Part shown: positions 1 through 13,000 of the stretch, piece after piece | Layout of the letters: each line of letters opens with the position of its first letter | Position numbering within the stretch: the first letter of the stretch is position 1 | Assembly (NCBI GenBank): GCA_009602735.1 | Contig: WELA01002751.1 | Coordinates: 126,447 to 185,782, forward strand | Reading direction: 5' to 3' | Origin: Mesotaenium endlicherianum | Lineage: Eukaryota | DNA length: 59,336 nt | Program-made: the position numbers and the translations under genes | The notes under the pieces: generated by a model | What the model was told of the DNA's origin: nothing | The model's input: only the letters and a program-made list of their open reading frames with translations | Database searches by the model: none

Positions 1-2162
1 GAAGAATCGAGAAAGATAAGGTTGCAGTGAAAAATTGATAAGCGTGGTTAAGAGCAAAGAGGCGACACCAAACCATCATGTGTTGCTGTAGGTTTAGAGT
101 TCTTAAGTTCATACTCATAAATTTAAAGCAAAAGCCCGTGAAGGCGACTTACAATGAATCTTGTTTTCTTTGATATTGTTTAAGTGATATTCGCAATCTA
201 CAATTCCTCTGAACGAGTCAGCATGGACGAAGAGCAACATGTAATAGTCATTTCGACACCGTGTATGGAGAACTAAGATATCCAATTCCTTTTGCAAAAA
301 TATGTATGCCTTTGAAAGAGAAGGATGTGAGTGAGCTCACTGTGTGAACACTAAGTCCGCTAATCGAGGACTTGGCCTCTGCAAGTTCAGTTCGACCTGG
401 AAGCAGACTCAACCAGGTACAGCCAGCCACCGACACGTGCAAGGTCAACCTTTGTTGATCAACCAAGTCAAAAACTTCACTACAAGGGCCACCAACAAAG
501 TCAACCAGGTCCTTGAAACACGTGTGGACTACCTTCACCGACATGGATAGGCACGTCATCAGTGAAGGTGTCATATTCAAGCGACCCGTCTTCAAAACTG
601 AAAAATTTAGCGCATTCCCCCCCGTGGTCCCCAGCACCATAACGACGGCAATAGCCTCTGTGTTAGCCCTGACAGGGGGTCCTCTGGGAAATGATAGGAC
701 TTTGACGAGGGTTGAGTGGGGCAAAACGCTTTATCATTGGGGGGGGATCGTTACATCCGAATCTAATCCAATTCTTTTGGCAAGGGTGATTTCCTCCAGG
801 CTTCAGGTTTATGCTGGCTCAGGCTGGCCAATGGCACACAAGGCAGTGTCGGTGTTCAGGCGTCTGTTGCAACAAGGTCACATTTAATAATTATTAGATG
901 GTGCCATATCGCGCTGCAACATTTGTCCACAAGCGTCTAGTGCACCACAGCCTGTCAGCGGCCCAATCCCATCCAGTTCGTGCACATTATGTGGAATCGA
1001 GAACATCCAAGACATGCACTCGACATTTTTGGACTACAGTAGAATTCATGCGATTGTGTGTCTGCGCGACCTCGTCAAATACATCCGCCGAAACGAAACT
1101 TTACGTGAAAGACGGTCAAAGATTTTGTGAGCATGATATCACATGCTTTACCGCTGGTTGCTGCTGGTTAATTGCTGCTGGTGACTGCAGGGAGCAGTTG
1201 GGAGCTTGTTCTTGGCCAATAGATTTGCGGTACATTGCGGGTCAACATGAATCATGCGCGCTCTTGGGTCGCTCTAAGCACCTCTGACCGGTTGATAATT
1301 TATGACTGGTAACTGACCTTATTTTCCCATGAATAAATTAGAAGTAATCTACCGTAGAAAGGGAAAAGATTTACGAAATCGAAGCCATCGACAAGTCGCA
1401 TCAGGCGGTTATCGCAGCCCGCCCGGCGTCAAGAAATCTCATGGTTTGCATCAAGCCTATATTGGCCAAATTTTCCAACCAAAAAATCGTCACCAGTCAG
1501 ACCGTCGCCGCTGTAGATAGGATGTGCTTTTGTATACAACCTCGGGGGAACGTCGTAGTAAATGGGCGTTAGTAGCTACTAGCATATATGAGTAGGAAAC
1601 TCTAAGCCACAGGCAAGGTCAGGTAGATAGCTGTTTACGGCGACTTTCTTGAATGTAGAGGTATCAAGATCATAAGGAGCTCGCGAGATAAGTTTGACGT
1701 ATTCCGCATCATTGAGCGATTTACCTCAGTCTTACCTCAGTCATCCAGGTATGGCAAAAGATATGCCGCGCATTTGTCAATTTCCCGTATGAGCTTTCTT
1801 TTCCTGGTTTTACCTTTGTAGCCTGCCATTTCCGAGTGAATCATTGTCCTGATTACCTTGAGGATAGCTAATAACTCGGCAGGTCATGTCTAAAAAGTTT
1901 GGATAGCTGTAGCCGGTCTTAATGTACGACTTATGGCTTGACATTCTTTCGTTCTATACGTGTTATGCCTGATAGTCTTGACCTTTGACTGCTTGTCTGC
2001 AGGTACTTCAGCCACGCGCCGTGGTTACTCCTGCAGGAAGGAAAGCGGCCTTTGCCGAAGTGTTCAAAGTTGGTCCAAGAGCTTTTCTGCTGGGTAGTGG
2101 AGTATTGAAACAATAGTTTCTGAGTTACCACTGTTTTAGGACGCGAGTACAGGTTTACAAGA

Positions 2163-4445
2163 ATGGGGCAAGCTAAAGTCCGTGGAAGCATAAAGGAACA
2201 GGAGTACAGGGCCCAGCCAGATCAAATTAACTGGTCAAGTCTACCCCCCGAGCTGCTCCAGGACATACTGGCTCGAGTAGAGGCTGGCCACGTCCAGTGG
2301 CCTGCAAGGAGTAATGTCGTAGCTTGTGCAGGGGTCTGCCGCTCGTGGAGAAACATAATCAGGTATGAGGGCTGCTTCTTGCCCATTGATTTACTCGGGC
2401 TCAACCTCCGAGAGTGGAGAACAGTGTCTGATTACGACTGTTGAGCTAGTTATGTGTAGTTGCTTGATTGTTCTGAACCTACTGACTGCTATGACCACCG
2501 ATTGCTTGTGTGTGACTAGGCCTATCTGGGTTGCTGTTACTCTCTTTTTATGCAGATGAGGAAGAGTGGAGTGCGCATGGAAAGGTGGCTAATATGGACG
2601 AGCAAATCTGCCGCTAACTATTCGTCATATTGGTATACCTGGTTGCAGAGAGTTGGTGACTACTCGCTGCACAGATGGCCCATCGAGCATGACATTCCCA
2701 CATCATCTGAGAGAAGCTGGGCCGCAGACGGATGCTGTCGAGTGCTCTATAAAGCGAAATCGGAAAACTGGCATATACACTTTATATTTAGGCACGTCCC
2801 CAAATCCGGCAGAGTGTGGGAAGTTTCTTATGGCTGCCAAAAAATGTGGTTGGCGCCCTTCTTGGTAAGGAACCTTCCCATGAAATATGTTGCTTCTAGT
2901 GTGCAATATGTGGGGTCTAGAACATAAGAAGAGGGAGCCAAGTCTACTGGTTCATTTCCAGAAATGAGGGAAGTATTGCAGGTTTATCTGAGCTAATATT
3001 TTGGACACTGTATGACTTGTATGGGCTGACTATTTGTGAACTTCTAGCAAAGTATCCTTAAGCTTGGTGGTTATTTCTGTAGCTGTGGCATCAAGGGATT
3101 GGAGCTATGTGAGGCTTATTAAAAGCCTGATATCAACAACTATTGCATTTCCGTGAAGCTTTTTGGTTGGCTATTGTGTTGTGGCTTTGACATGCTGTGT
3201 TCTTTCGTGGTGCAGTACGGACTACATAGTCTCCCTGGACTCCCACAACTTTGCAAGGAGTGGAAATCATTATCTAGGAAGACTGCGTGCCAACTTTTTA
3301 AGCACGAAGTTTGGTATCTTCGACAGTCAGCCACCGCCACTGGGTGCTTGCAAGGCAACCCCTGCTCCCTCACCCTCATCATGGAGCCCCCTGTGTGTGG
3401 CTGGATCTTCGAGGGCTTCGGCTGCCTTAGCGCCTGTTCCTGTAGTGTCAGTCGCTTATGCATTGAATGTGCTGGGCACGCGCGGTCCCCGACGCATCCA
3501 GTGCACTCTTCATGAAGCTCCTGCAGACGAGGGTGTTCAGATAGCAGATCTCAGCAGCCAGATTGGGGCAGCTGCTATAGCTCCAGTTGGTGCGTCACGT
3601 GGCTCGCGGGTCGCTTCAGGTGCTGTTGCCGATTGCAGTGTGTGCACCACTGGATGCGATTGTCCGGAGTGCGGAGGACCTGCCACAAAGGAGCCCATGG
3701 TGCTGAAGAACAAGCCTCCAAGATGGCATGAGCAGCTTCAGGTATGTCTTGTTCTACGCCTTTCGTGAATCTCATAGGGTCCGCTTGCAAACCCGGGCGT
3801 CAACTTGCAAATAATCTCACAGTTGTTGTGCATACTTGGTCTGCAAAGTGACCATAGTGGACATGGGTGCACATTGGAAGTTCTACAGATGAGTTGGTGG
3901 CTGGTTGCAACCATCCTTTTGCAAAAAAATTGGCGCTAAGCATAAGATTGGGGTCTCTTTCAGTGCCACATATAGGGGTGGTTGGGAACTTTTGTTGCTG
4001 ACATGGGAGGCTATCTAACGAAGAGCATTTATGATGCTTTCTTGCAGTGCTGGTGCCTCAATTTCCGTGGAAGGGTGACTGTTGCGTCTGTAAAGAACTT
4101 CCAGCTTGTGGATGGCGCAGGCGCCTCAGATTCTGACAAACCTGTCATCCTACAGTTTGGCAAAATCGCCAAAGATACCTTCACAATGGATTACAGATAC
4201 CCACTGTCAGCTTTTCAGGTACATCTATTTTTCTTCTGCTGGCGGCAAAAGCCGCATTTGTTCCTTCCATGAATTATGTGGAAACTAGTGCAACTGATTG
4301 CAAAGGGCTCAAGCGAGAAGTAAGGTCCATATGTATCCCGTCAAAGCAGAAGCCTGATCATGTGACTGACTCACTATAATGTGCATGTTGGCAGGCCTTC
4401 GCCATCTGCTTGAGCAGTTTTGATACTCGGGTTGCATGTGAGTGA
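2163..4445 (+). CDS. TLP: F-box Tubby-like protein (plant TLP), 5 coding exons: 2163-2362, 2649-2864, 3216-3741, 4048-4218, 4395-4445
   Basis: F-box [19 protein letters not shown]...[18 protein letters not shown]. Tubby motifs [103 protein letters not shown]. All introns are GT-AG and the phases are consistent. Confidence 0.96.
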
Positions 4446-7283
4446 TGCGACGAGGGCGCAAGCCTTACACTGCAGGTACAGTCAGTATTGCTGACTTCAA
4501 GTAGACCAAGGCATTCTAGAGATGCAACGTGGCCCATTACGCGGTCCATCGTTGCACGTGGATATAAGCCACATTATGCAGTTTGGGGAACAGGTATGCA
4601 GGGCACTCTAATGGGGTTTGGGTGGGCATTCATATAGGCATCAGTTTGCCTACATTTGTTAGCCAAAATGACTAACCTCATGTACTTATAGGATTATTTA
4701 AATAAGATGGAAGGTCCTCCCACGTACATGTAGGGCTCATGCCCTATCAGTAGGCATGATGAAGAAAGCACACCTGGTGGCGTTTCTAAGTTACTGTAAG
4801 GTTAGATTTGCTTATTCAAGGTAGATGGTGTACAAATTAGAGTTCCGACTATTGTGTCATGAACAGGTAGCTAGTTGGTGATAGCAGCAATAATGGACGT
4901 GGGTGATTTATTCGGTGTTCATGCTGACTTTATGTTCATACCCTACGGTGCAAAATTCTGCACTGCTTTTAAGACTGTGCTTCACACTCGGGCAATCTTC
5001 AATCTTAAGTTCTCTTTGCTTCAACTTGTTTAGGGCTGAAAGGTGGTCTGTGCTCGAAATTGTGTTGGCTATGTACATCGGACTTGTCTCAATGAGCGCT
5101 GACCGTGGAGTATTGCATGTTGCAAACCTTCGACCACCAAAGCAGAAATTATATTGAAAAGAGATTTTAGGCCCGTCTATAGCACATTGTGACGAGCAAG
5201 TAGCTTGTCAAATAAATCCGCTAAGCTGCACTAGAGGAGCATCAGCTGGTTAGCCAGAACTGTGAATAGGTCCATGGACGTCATGATTAATAAGCTACTC
5301 AATCTCTACTAATTTTGTCAGTCAGTTTCTTCATCGACTCAATGCCGACCAAGCATCAGTTAACATTTTCTGTGAACTGCCATAGTAGTACTCTGGATCC
5401 AGTGCAAGTAGCAGTGCTTCAGTCATTGTCCTGCATCCATGAGAGAAGAACATCATATATTTAAAAACCTCACTTTGACCTCAGGCTGCAATCGGCTTCG
5501 AAATTCTAGAAGCTGGTGTTCTGCGCTCCTTCGGATGTAAAGACTCCCATATCTTGGTTACCCGTTGTGGAGGATACTATTAGAACAAGCTTTTGTACCA
5601 AAACAGTAACGAACACTCAAATGTCGCAAACCAAAGTTTGACAAGTGTTCAAATTTGATCGATTTCACACGTGTTGTCTCATCGACAAACGAAACCCTCA
5701 TAAGGCTTCTCTTTGCAAAGAAGCGTCATTGCAGCAGGAAGGTAGCTGCTACACATACCCACCCACCCACCCCTCTAACCCTCCACTCCACTGAGAGGTG
5801 CACGAGGCAGGCAACGAAGTTGGTGCCAGCGATAGCCTTAGCCATGCACAATAATGTGGTTGTTGTTGTTAGCGTTGCAATATGTTATGTCGATTGGCAG
5901 TAACCAACGGCGGCGATTCGACGGTCAACCTCAACACAGTAAGAGTGCAATTGCCAATCCATAGTGTTGGTTAGGAGTTGGAATATAGTTGTCTTGACCT
6001 TTTGTATTGTTTTTAAATGTCAAGTACAGATAAGCGTAGCAGCATGTAGGAAAGGACTAGACAAGAACAGATGATGCGCAATTGTAGCATACTACTACTC
6101 CTACTATTCGCTCTACAATCACCTTCTTTCTTTTGAAATCAGGCAATTTGAACACAAATTGTCAAATTTGTATTGTCAACACAGCTTTAAGTGGGCAACA
6201 CATCCTTACGTGCAAGGAATCAGTTTGGTAGTATCACGAGTGCCTTAGAGAGAGAATGTTGTGCATGTCACACATTGACCATATTGGCTGAAAGAGCCAC
6301 AAAATAAACTTCAAACGCAATGGGCATCTTGTCTATACAATTGACTCATGTTTGTGTCGTGCAAGGAAGTAATGAACCATGGTACCAGGAGTGTTTTTGG
6401 AAAAAAATTATTGAGATGAGACTCGATGGCCATTTCAAATCCTTGCAAGGGATGAAAAGCTCTACCTTTAAAAGTTTGCGGCAAGAAGTTGCTCTTATTC
6501 CTACATGGACCTTACAAAGCACTAACGTTGCTAACACGAATCTGGTGCATAAAACGCATGTGCCAGTTTACTCGAGCTGTGCAGCAGATCCATGAGGCTA
6601 GCGCTGCAACAAGAAGACTGAGTGCTATGATTATACTAAGCTCATGCAAAACCTAAATTGTACCGAATAAGCATGTTCTGGCCAAGCTTTTTCAGAAGTT
6701 TCAGTCCTCGAGAAGGTGGCTTTGGAATGACAAAAATACCTACCGGCATATGACCTACTTTTCAGAGAGATAAAATTTGTCAACCCACGTCAACGTCAAG
6801 GAATATCTCATGATATCAAACAACAAACCAGGATCGACCCATTTCAGCCCGCTGGCTGTGTCAGTATCGGTCAGCAAAACATTCCTTTCTGTCGATGGAG
6901 AAATGATAATGCCATCAACAGGGCTGCTATCCTCGCCCTCTCCGTCCACCTGGCAATCACAAGCCACAACTTTTAGGACGTCTACCCAAACCCCCATCAG
7001 TCCCTGAAGATGGTATAGAGAAGCACAACCAAAGCCTTTCACAGGTTACACATTTTGCCCCATAGCTTCACTTATTTACTCCAGCTTTCTGATGTTGCAA
7101 GACAGCTCGTTCGTTAAGAGTGTCCAACTGTGGCAGAAAAAGCGACCTCCCTTCAATGGCTGGCTTTGGCTAGCACCATCACGTATTGACCATGTCGAGC
7201 AACTCCTCAAAATACAGCTATAGTAAGTTGCAGACGAGGAAAAGAGGACAGCAACACATGATGAAAGTTGGTTGGAGGCATAC

Positions 7284-9255
7284 CTCGACCACCACCGTCA
7301 TACGAGCGACCACCTCGTCCACCTCCCCCACCCCCTCGTCCCCCCCTCCCTCCCCTCTCTCCTCCACCCCCTCCTCGACTAAAGCCCTCTTCGGGATAAC
7401 CCCTACCTCTTCCCCGACCACCACCACCTCGTCCACCATCATATGCTCCTTCCTCTGCCCCTCGACCGCGCCCCCGACCCCTGCCTTGTGCAGGCCGCCT
7501 ATCTGTTCCCCAGACCACTCAGAACCAGTGTTACTAGTTCACTCCTGCCATTACTGAGCTGCCTCAGGGCCAAAATTTTTGCACACGGCCATATAAGAAC
7601 TGCTTGACCAAAAGGTACACCCTAGGCTAGCTCTTAGATATGTAGGCCTTTTTAATATCAAGAAGATGTGGTACCCAAGCTTTCACATTTGAAGGGCCAC
7701 TCCAACTCATAGAACCTCTCAAGCCAATGCTGCCGCACAGAAGCAGTCCTCGGAGCCATCATGCCTTTCATATGGTAAAAACACACATCAACCACTGTGA
7801 CCAGCAAGAGCAACTGTAGCCCTGTAACCCAGGAGAGGACATATGTTTGGGTGGGAATCTTTGGAAGAGACCTGAGTATTTGACGACCTCGTCCTGCACC
7901 TTGTCTATCACCTGGCCCAGCAAAGGATAAACTCCACCCCCTTCAATTGTCTCAAATAGCACACCCTATTCAACTCCATCAAAGAAGCACCAAGAGCTGG
8001 GGCAACAGTACAACTGCAAGTACCAAATATTATGCAAACTTTTCAAATATAATCTCGTCAGACCTAAGAGAAAATTCAGGCATTAACGCCTTTGAAGTAC
8101 TCACACCGGGCTTTGCAAGGAGGATAAGGGACGTCAGACTTAGCACGTGCAAAGAAGTTGTCAGGATGTTGCCAAACTTCAAACCCTCCTTGAAAAAGAC
8201 GGCGTAGATACACTGAAACTGGAAGTCTAGAATGCAATATTGACATAAAAGTCATCTACAGGTGCCACGATAGGTTAGGAGGGAGTCGCTTATTGCGTCT
8301 TTCAATCCAATTACGTAGATGACCGACTGCCTGTCTCCCTCAGATCACAACGAAGTACTCATTACTAGGTTCTCCCACCTGTTACACACTAAACGGTAAA
8401 GAAGCGGGCAATGTTCTTCAACTCGCGTGTAGTGCACCCCTTCTCGGCTTACACGTATTCACATGTGTTCCACATGCAAATCTGTGTGAACTGCCATACC
8501 TCATCGGGCACTCGCAGATATTTGATGGTATTTCCACGAATATAGCACTCAGGCATTCTCCAAAAGCGGTCACCATCTTTAGACGTGCAAATTACTTCAC
8601 GTAAATGGATATTCATCCATGTATCACAGCTAACCAAGTGTCCATTGTACGTTTCGCCATTCTTTAATTCCACAAGCTGCATCAAATCAAAAACAGTCCT
8701 CCTGTCTATGAGAACAAATACATCCGGCAGGGTGCACTATATTCTATTGCCACAACGAGCTCCCAAGACTTCCACTATCACCGCCATAAGGATCAGCTTG
8801 CAATCTCTGCTTGCTAACTCAATACTACTGCATGCCTGGGTGTGCGCATATGTATATCTGATAAGAATATGATCCACAACATAGGTGCACCTTTGCCACA
8901 ATGTAACATAAGAGCCAGGCATCCACTATGTGACGTATCATCAGATATGCTAGACAATATGATACTTTTCCACTTTGTGTATACGTGCACGTATACGCGG
9001 TCTATCAGCGATCATAGTATTGAGGCTTACGGAGTTCCGAGAGCTGCTCACCATAGGATGTCCCTGGGCAGTCTTTAGAAGAGATAGTGGAAGCTGAAGA
9101 CACCAACAAAGAAAATCTTCCAAAACACAATGTCAGCAAAGAGTGACTTACACACTAGGCATGAAATGTCCTTTTATTGGATGGATGGCTTATGGTGCTA
9201 TTGTGTCAAGCAGAACCATGCAGACCTGAAAAAAGCTGTCCAATTAACTCACCAT
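7284..9255 (-). CDS. LSM4: Sm-like protein LSM4. Exons: 9255-9253 (ATG only), 9093-9052, 8676-8500, 7911-7872, 7502-7284. Terminal exon not resolved.
   Basis: Spliced product [100 protein letters not shown]... is an Sm fold followed by the RG/RGG tail typical of LSM4. Without splicing at 7283 the frame stops at 7207. Confidence 0.96.
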
Positions 9256-10034
9256 CTTAGACTAGTAGCTGGTTGTGCCTTCTCGGTGTGAGCTGCAAAC
9301 ACCTGCTCAGATAAATTGCAAACTGAGCATGGCCATCGGCCACCCTTTCATAACCAGCTCTAGGAAGTCCAGTGCCCTGACGAGCACGTAAAGTGCATAG
9401 GCCCTCTCACAATCATGTACAACCTTCCCGACGGTGAAGAACCTTCTTTCAATCTTAGCTGGGCTCAGCTGGGCTTACCCTGGCTTACCCCTTGGTATCG
9501 AAACGGTATGCTCCCCCAGCTCACCACGGTGCACCGCACGGTGCACCACTGTGCACCACGCTATAGTCTACCCTGGTCTTCTCTTGTCCATCCTGGTCAA
9601 CCACTATCCTCGCTCGTCATAGCTCGAGCAAATTCCAGCTTTTTAAACACCACGTCGTTCGTAAGATACTCGACAGCTAGCGACGTCTGCGGGTAGTAGA
9701 ACGGCGGTACGGAAGTAGCTCATAACACTAGGAGGCGATATTCTGCGACTTGCATACTTCCAGGTGCTGCAGCTCGGACACATGCATATTTAAATTAAAA
9801 TGCACTAAACAGAAACGTTTTGCTTATTCAGAGTTAGCATGTGACGAACAACTTTGTCCGCACTTCGTGCCTGCTTGGGTTGTCGCATGCGAGGGATAAT
9901 CTAGGTGCATATGTGCAGGAAGGTGCTAAGTTCTTCATGTTCACGCGGTTGCTATACTCCGCGTACACACTTTAAGTGAGATGATCCGCTCAATGCTTAG
10001 ACAGGCAGGATAGGGAGGAAATTCTGAGCTGAAG

Positions 10035-13000
10035 ATGATTGGCTCGTTTCTCTTTGAAGCCTTCATCATCATCTGCTCGCTGGTCCTGCTCTTTGCAGGA
10101 GGCTGGTGGTTTCTCAATCAGCAGCTTTATAAGGATTATGAAGAGCGTAGACTGATTGTTGAAGTTCTTTTTTGTAGCGTGTTCGCTTTCTCTTGCAACC
10201 TCTTACAATTGGTCCTTTTCGAAATATTGCCCGTGTTGGGGAGAAAGTAAGTATCACAATTCTGTGCTGCGTCTTCGCTCTTGTTCTGTTTTAGCTTTCC
10301 TTACATATCGTCCACCTCAACAGTCACGTAACATCCAAAACTCCAAAGTTTTAAATCTCTAGTTTGGAAACAGGTGTTGCTTCACCGAGGCTCGAGTTGA
10401 GGTACTTTGCACATACAGTGTTATTCAGGTCGTACTTACAGGCAGTCTGATGCCGGTATACAGAGTTCAACTCTTGCCACGAGGCAGCTTGCCATATCTA
10501 AATAGCAAGCATGTGATCTTTGATGCAGTGCGCGGTTGCTGACCTGGAGGGTAGACCTCTTTTGTTTGATCACCATTCTGGTGTTCATCTTGCCCTACTA
10601 CCACTGCTTTATGATTCTTTGCAATACTGGTGAGCTGAAACTCTTGCCAACCAAAGTGATGTCTGCCTTGTCCAGAATCTTCCACCTCTTACCTGGAATG
10701 TACAGCGCACTCGGCAATTGCTTTGATGCTAATGAGGGGTCGAATACTAACACAGGGTATGGAGCCAGTTATTTCCCTTCCAGCCAAAGTGGGTGTATGT
10801 TTATAAAAGTACAGTGTGACTCAGCTTTCAGGAGGTTCGAACGTTGTCAACACACATGGTCGCTCGTTTACTGCAAATTATATAGAAAGCGGTGACGAGT
10901 GTTGATAACTTCTCCTTATATCTGGCGTGAAGTAAAACAGGTTTGGGGGCTTAGTACACACACGGAGTACGAGGAGGGTTCTCAAAGCCACACTTATGCA
11001 AAGCCGCAAGCTGCCATTAGTGGTTGCCAATTAATATACTAATTCCAAATATTTACCCGTGTTTGTAGATACACGTGTAAAAATGTGGAATAGTACTGGA
11101 GTTTACAGACGGGACTCTTTGTTGAAGCTTATTCGCAAGTGATCATCCACTCAAGGAATCTAGATACAAATTGCCAATAAGCTGTCGCATGAAGCAGAAT
11201 TTATGTTGGCTCTTATGTATAATCTCTTATACAACCTGATTATTTTGCACGACACACTTACATGTGCATGTGTCTGTCGTGTTTCTGCATCACGTGATCT
11301 CTGTGTTCCTCTACCTGCTCATATCCAGCAAACATCAGAGGGCATACCTGTACTGGTGAAAGCATCAAGTACTGATGATTCAAAGTGCAGCTTCAATGGA
11401 TGTCCTACCCTTTCCAGCTTCGATGGATGTGCACACTCTGGAAGAGATATGCTAAAGTCTAGTCACATTTATGTTTTCAGGCCCTCAAAAATTTATTTCT
11501 GCTTCGTAAGTCCACTCCCCTGACTTGGAGGGATGTTGATGCCTCCAGGCATGCAGAAGGAGAGAGCGGCAGTGGGAGCCATTATTTTTCTGGCAGCCTT
11601 CCTGTACGCCTTCTGGCGCATGGGTATCCACTTCCCTATGCCTTCACCGGACAAAGGTGAGAAAAATGCAGACAAGGAAGCTTGTTAGCGCTAGATCATA
11701 TCGAATTGATAAGGGACAATTGGTGTCTCAGCCCTCTAAAGCCCTCCCACGCCAACAAACCCATGCACGTGCCTCTGTGTTAGGGCCTCGTCATTAGTGT
11801 CCCAGAAGTAGGGCAAATGAGGAATTTGTGTGCACATGCTCCGCCTGTGACTGCTGGTTTTGGTGCCCTGTGCAGGCTTCTTCACCGTCCCCCAGCTGGT
11901 GAGTCGAGTGGGTGTGATCGGCGTGTCCCTCATGGCTGTGCTGTCGGGCTTCGGAGTCGTCAATCTTCCCTATAGCTACCTCTCCCTCTTCATCAGGTCT
12001 GTCCTCTTCCCGTCCTTGTCTCTGTCCTCCTGGCCTGTGTGGACTCTTCTGTGCATATGGTATGTGTCAAAGGGAGCCCTGGGGACCACACACCCATCCG
12101 TAACTATAATCTGCCCCATGTGCGGATCTCTAGCATTGACGCATAACACAGTACTATCTTTGAGCTGACTCTGCTGGGGAAGAGCCCTGCGTCCTTGACA
12201 GGATTGCGAATGTCATATGCACATAGACATGCAAACACCGGCAGTCCACCTGATCTGTGCAATCGCCGAGTGGCTGAGACATCAGATTCCCCTCCCTCTT
12301 TCACGTCACTGCCCGCAACTGTGTGGGCTAAGACGAGGAGACCGGTTCTTTGCAATGTTAACTTCGTGGTTGCAGTAATTTTATGAGGAAATGCGCGTGT
12401 GACGGCGTGCAGGGAGATAGAGGAGGAGGACATATCCACTCTGGAGAGACGACTCATGGTGGCTCTGGAGCTGAGTGTGGCCAAGAAGAAGAAAGTTGTG
12501 CTGGCAAGACGGCAACTGGACCGCCTGCATCGAGCTCCCCAGGTGAAGGCCGCTTCTTGCATCCTTATAGACACATGGCAACCTGTGCTCGATGCTTTGA
12601 TCGAGGAGAGCCCCAAGTATTTGGGGGAGTGCGTGCCCAGAAGAGGCTCCAGCATGTCTGATCATGTGGGCTGCATCTGCGTGCACCTTGTGGCATCAGC
12701 AGCAGGCAGGGGCTGGCGATGCTCAAGGGGAGGCCTGGTTCTTGAAGCGCCTAGTCAGCACCGTCGTGCGATCCAGCCAGGAGGAAGAGCGAGAGGCCGG
12801 TAGGTCTCTATCTGGGCAGCTGCTTTGTGTCGAGGTGCTCGCGCCGCTCCCCTGACACCCAGAGTCGTGCCTCTGGGTCGTTCTCCGTTCAAGTGTGCTC
12901 TAGCTCTCCTCTGTCACGTGCTCGTTCATTGGCCTGGAAGGCGCACGTGCTTTTTGGCGTTGCAACGCTGTGTGGTAGATGCAGTCAGTTCCTCAAGTTC

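Noticed and set aside
248..887. Overlapping 158-aa (-) and 124-aa (+) ORFs at the window start
   Set aside because: No recognisable motif or convincing splice structure. It could be a decayed repeat, but nothing supports a call.
6540..7010. Candidate terminal exons of LSM4 (for example the acceptor near 7003 giving GTDGGLGRRPKSCGL*)
   Set aside because: Several phase-compatible acceptors exist and none can be distinguished without transcripts.
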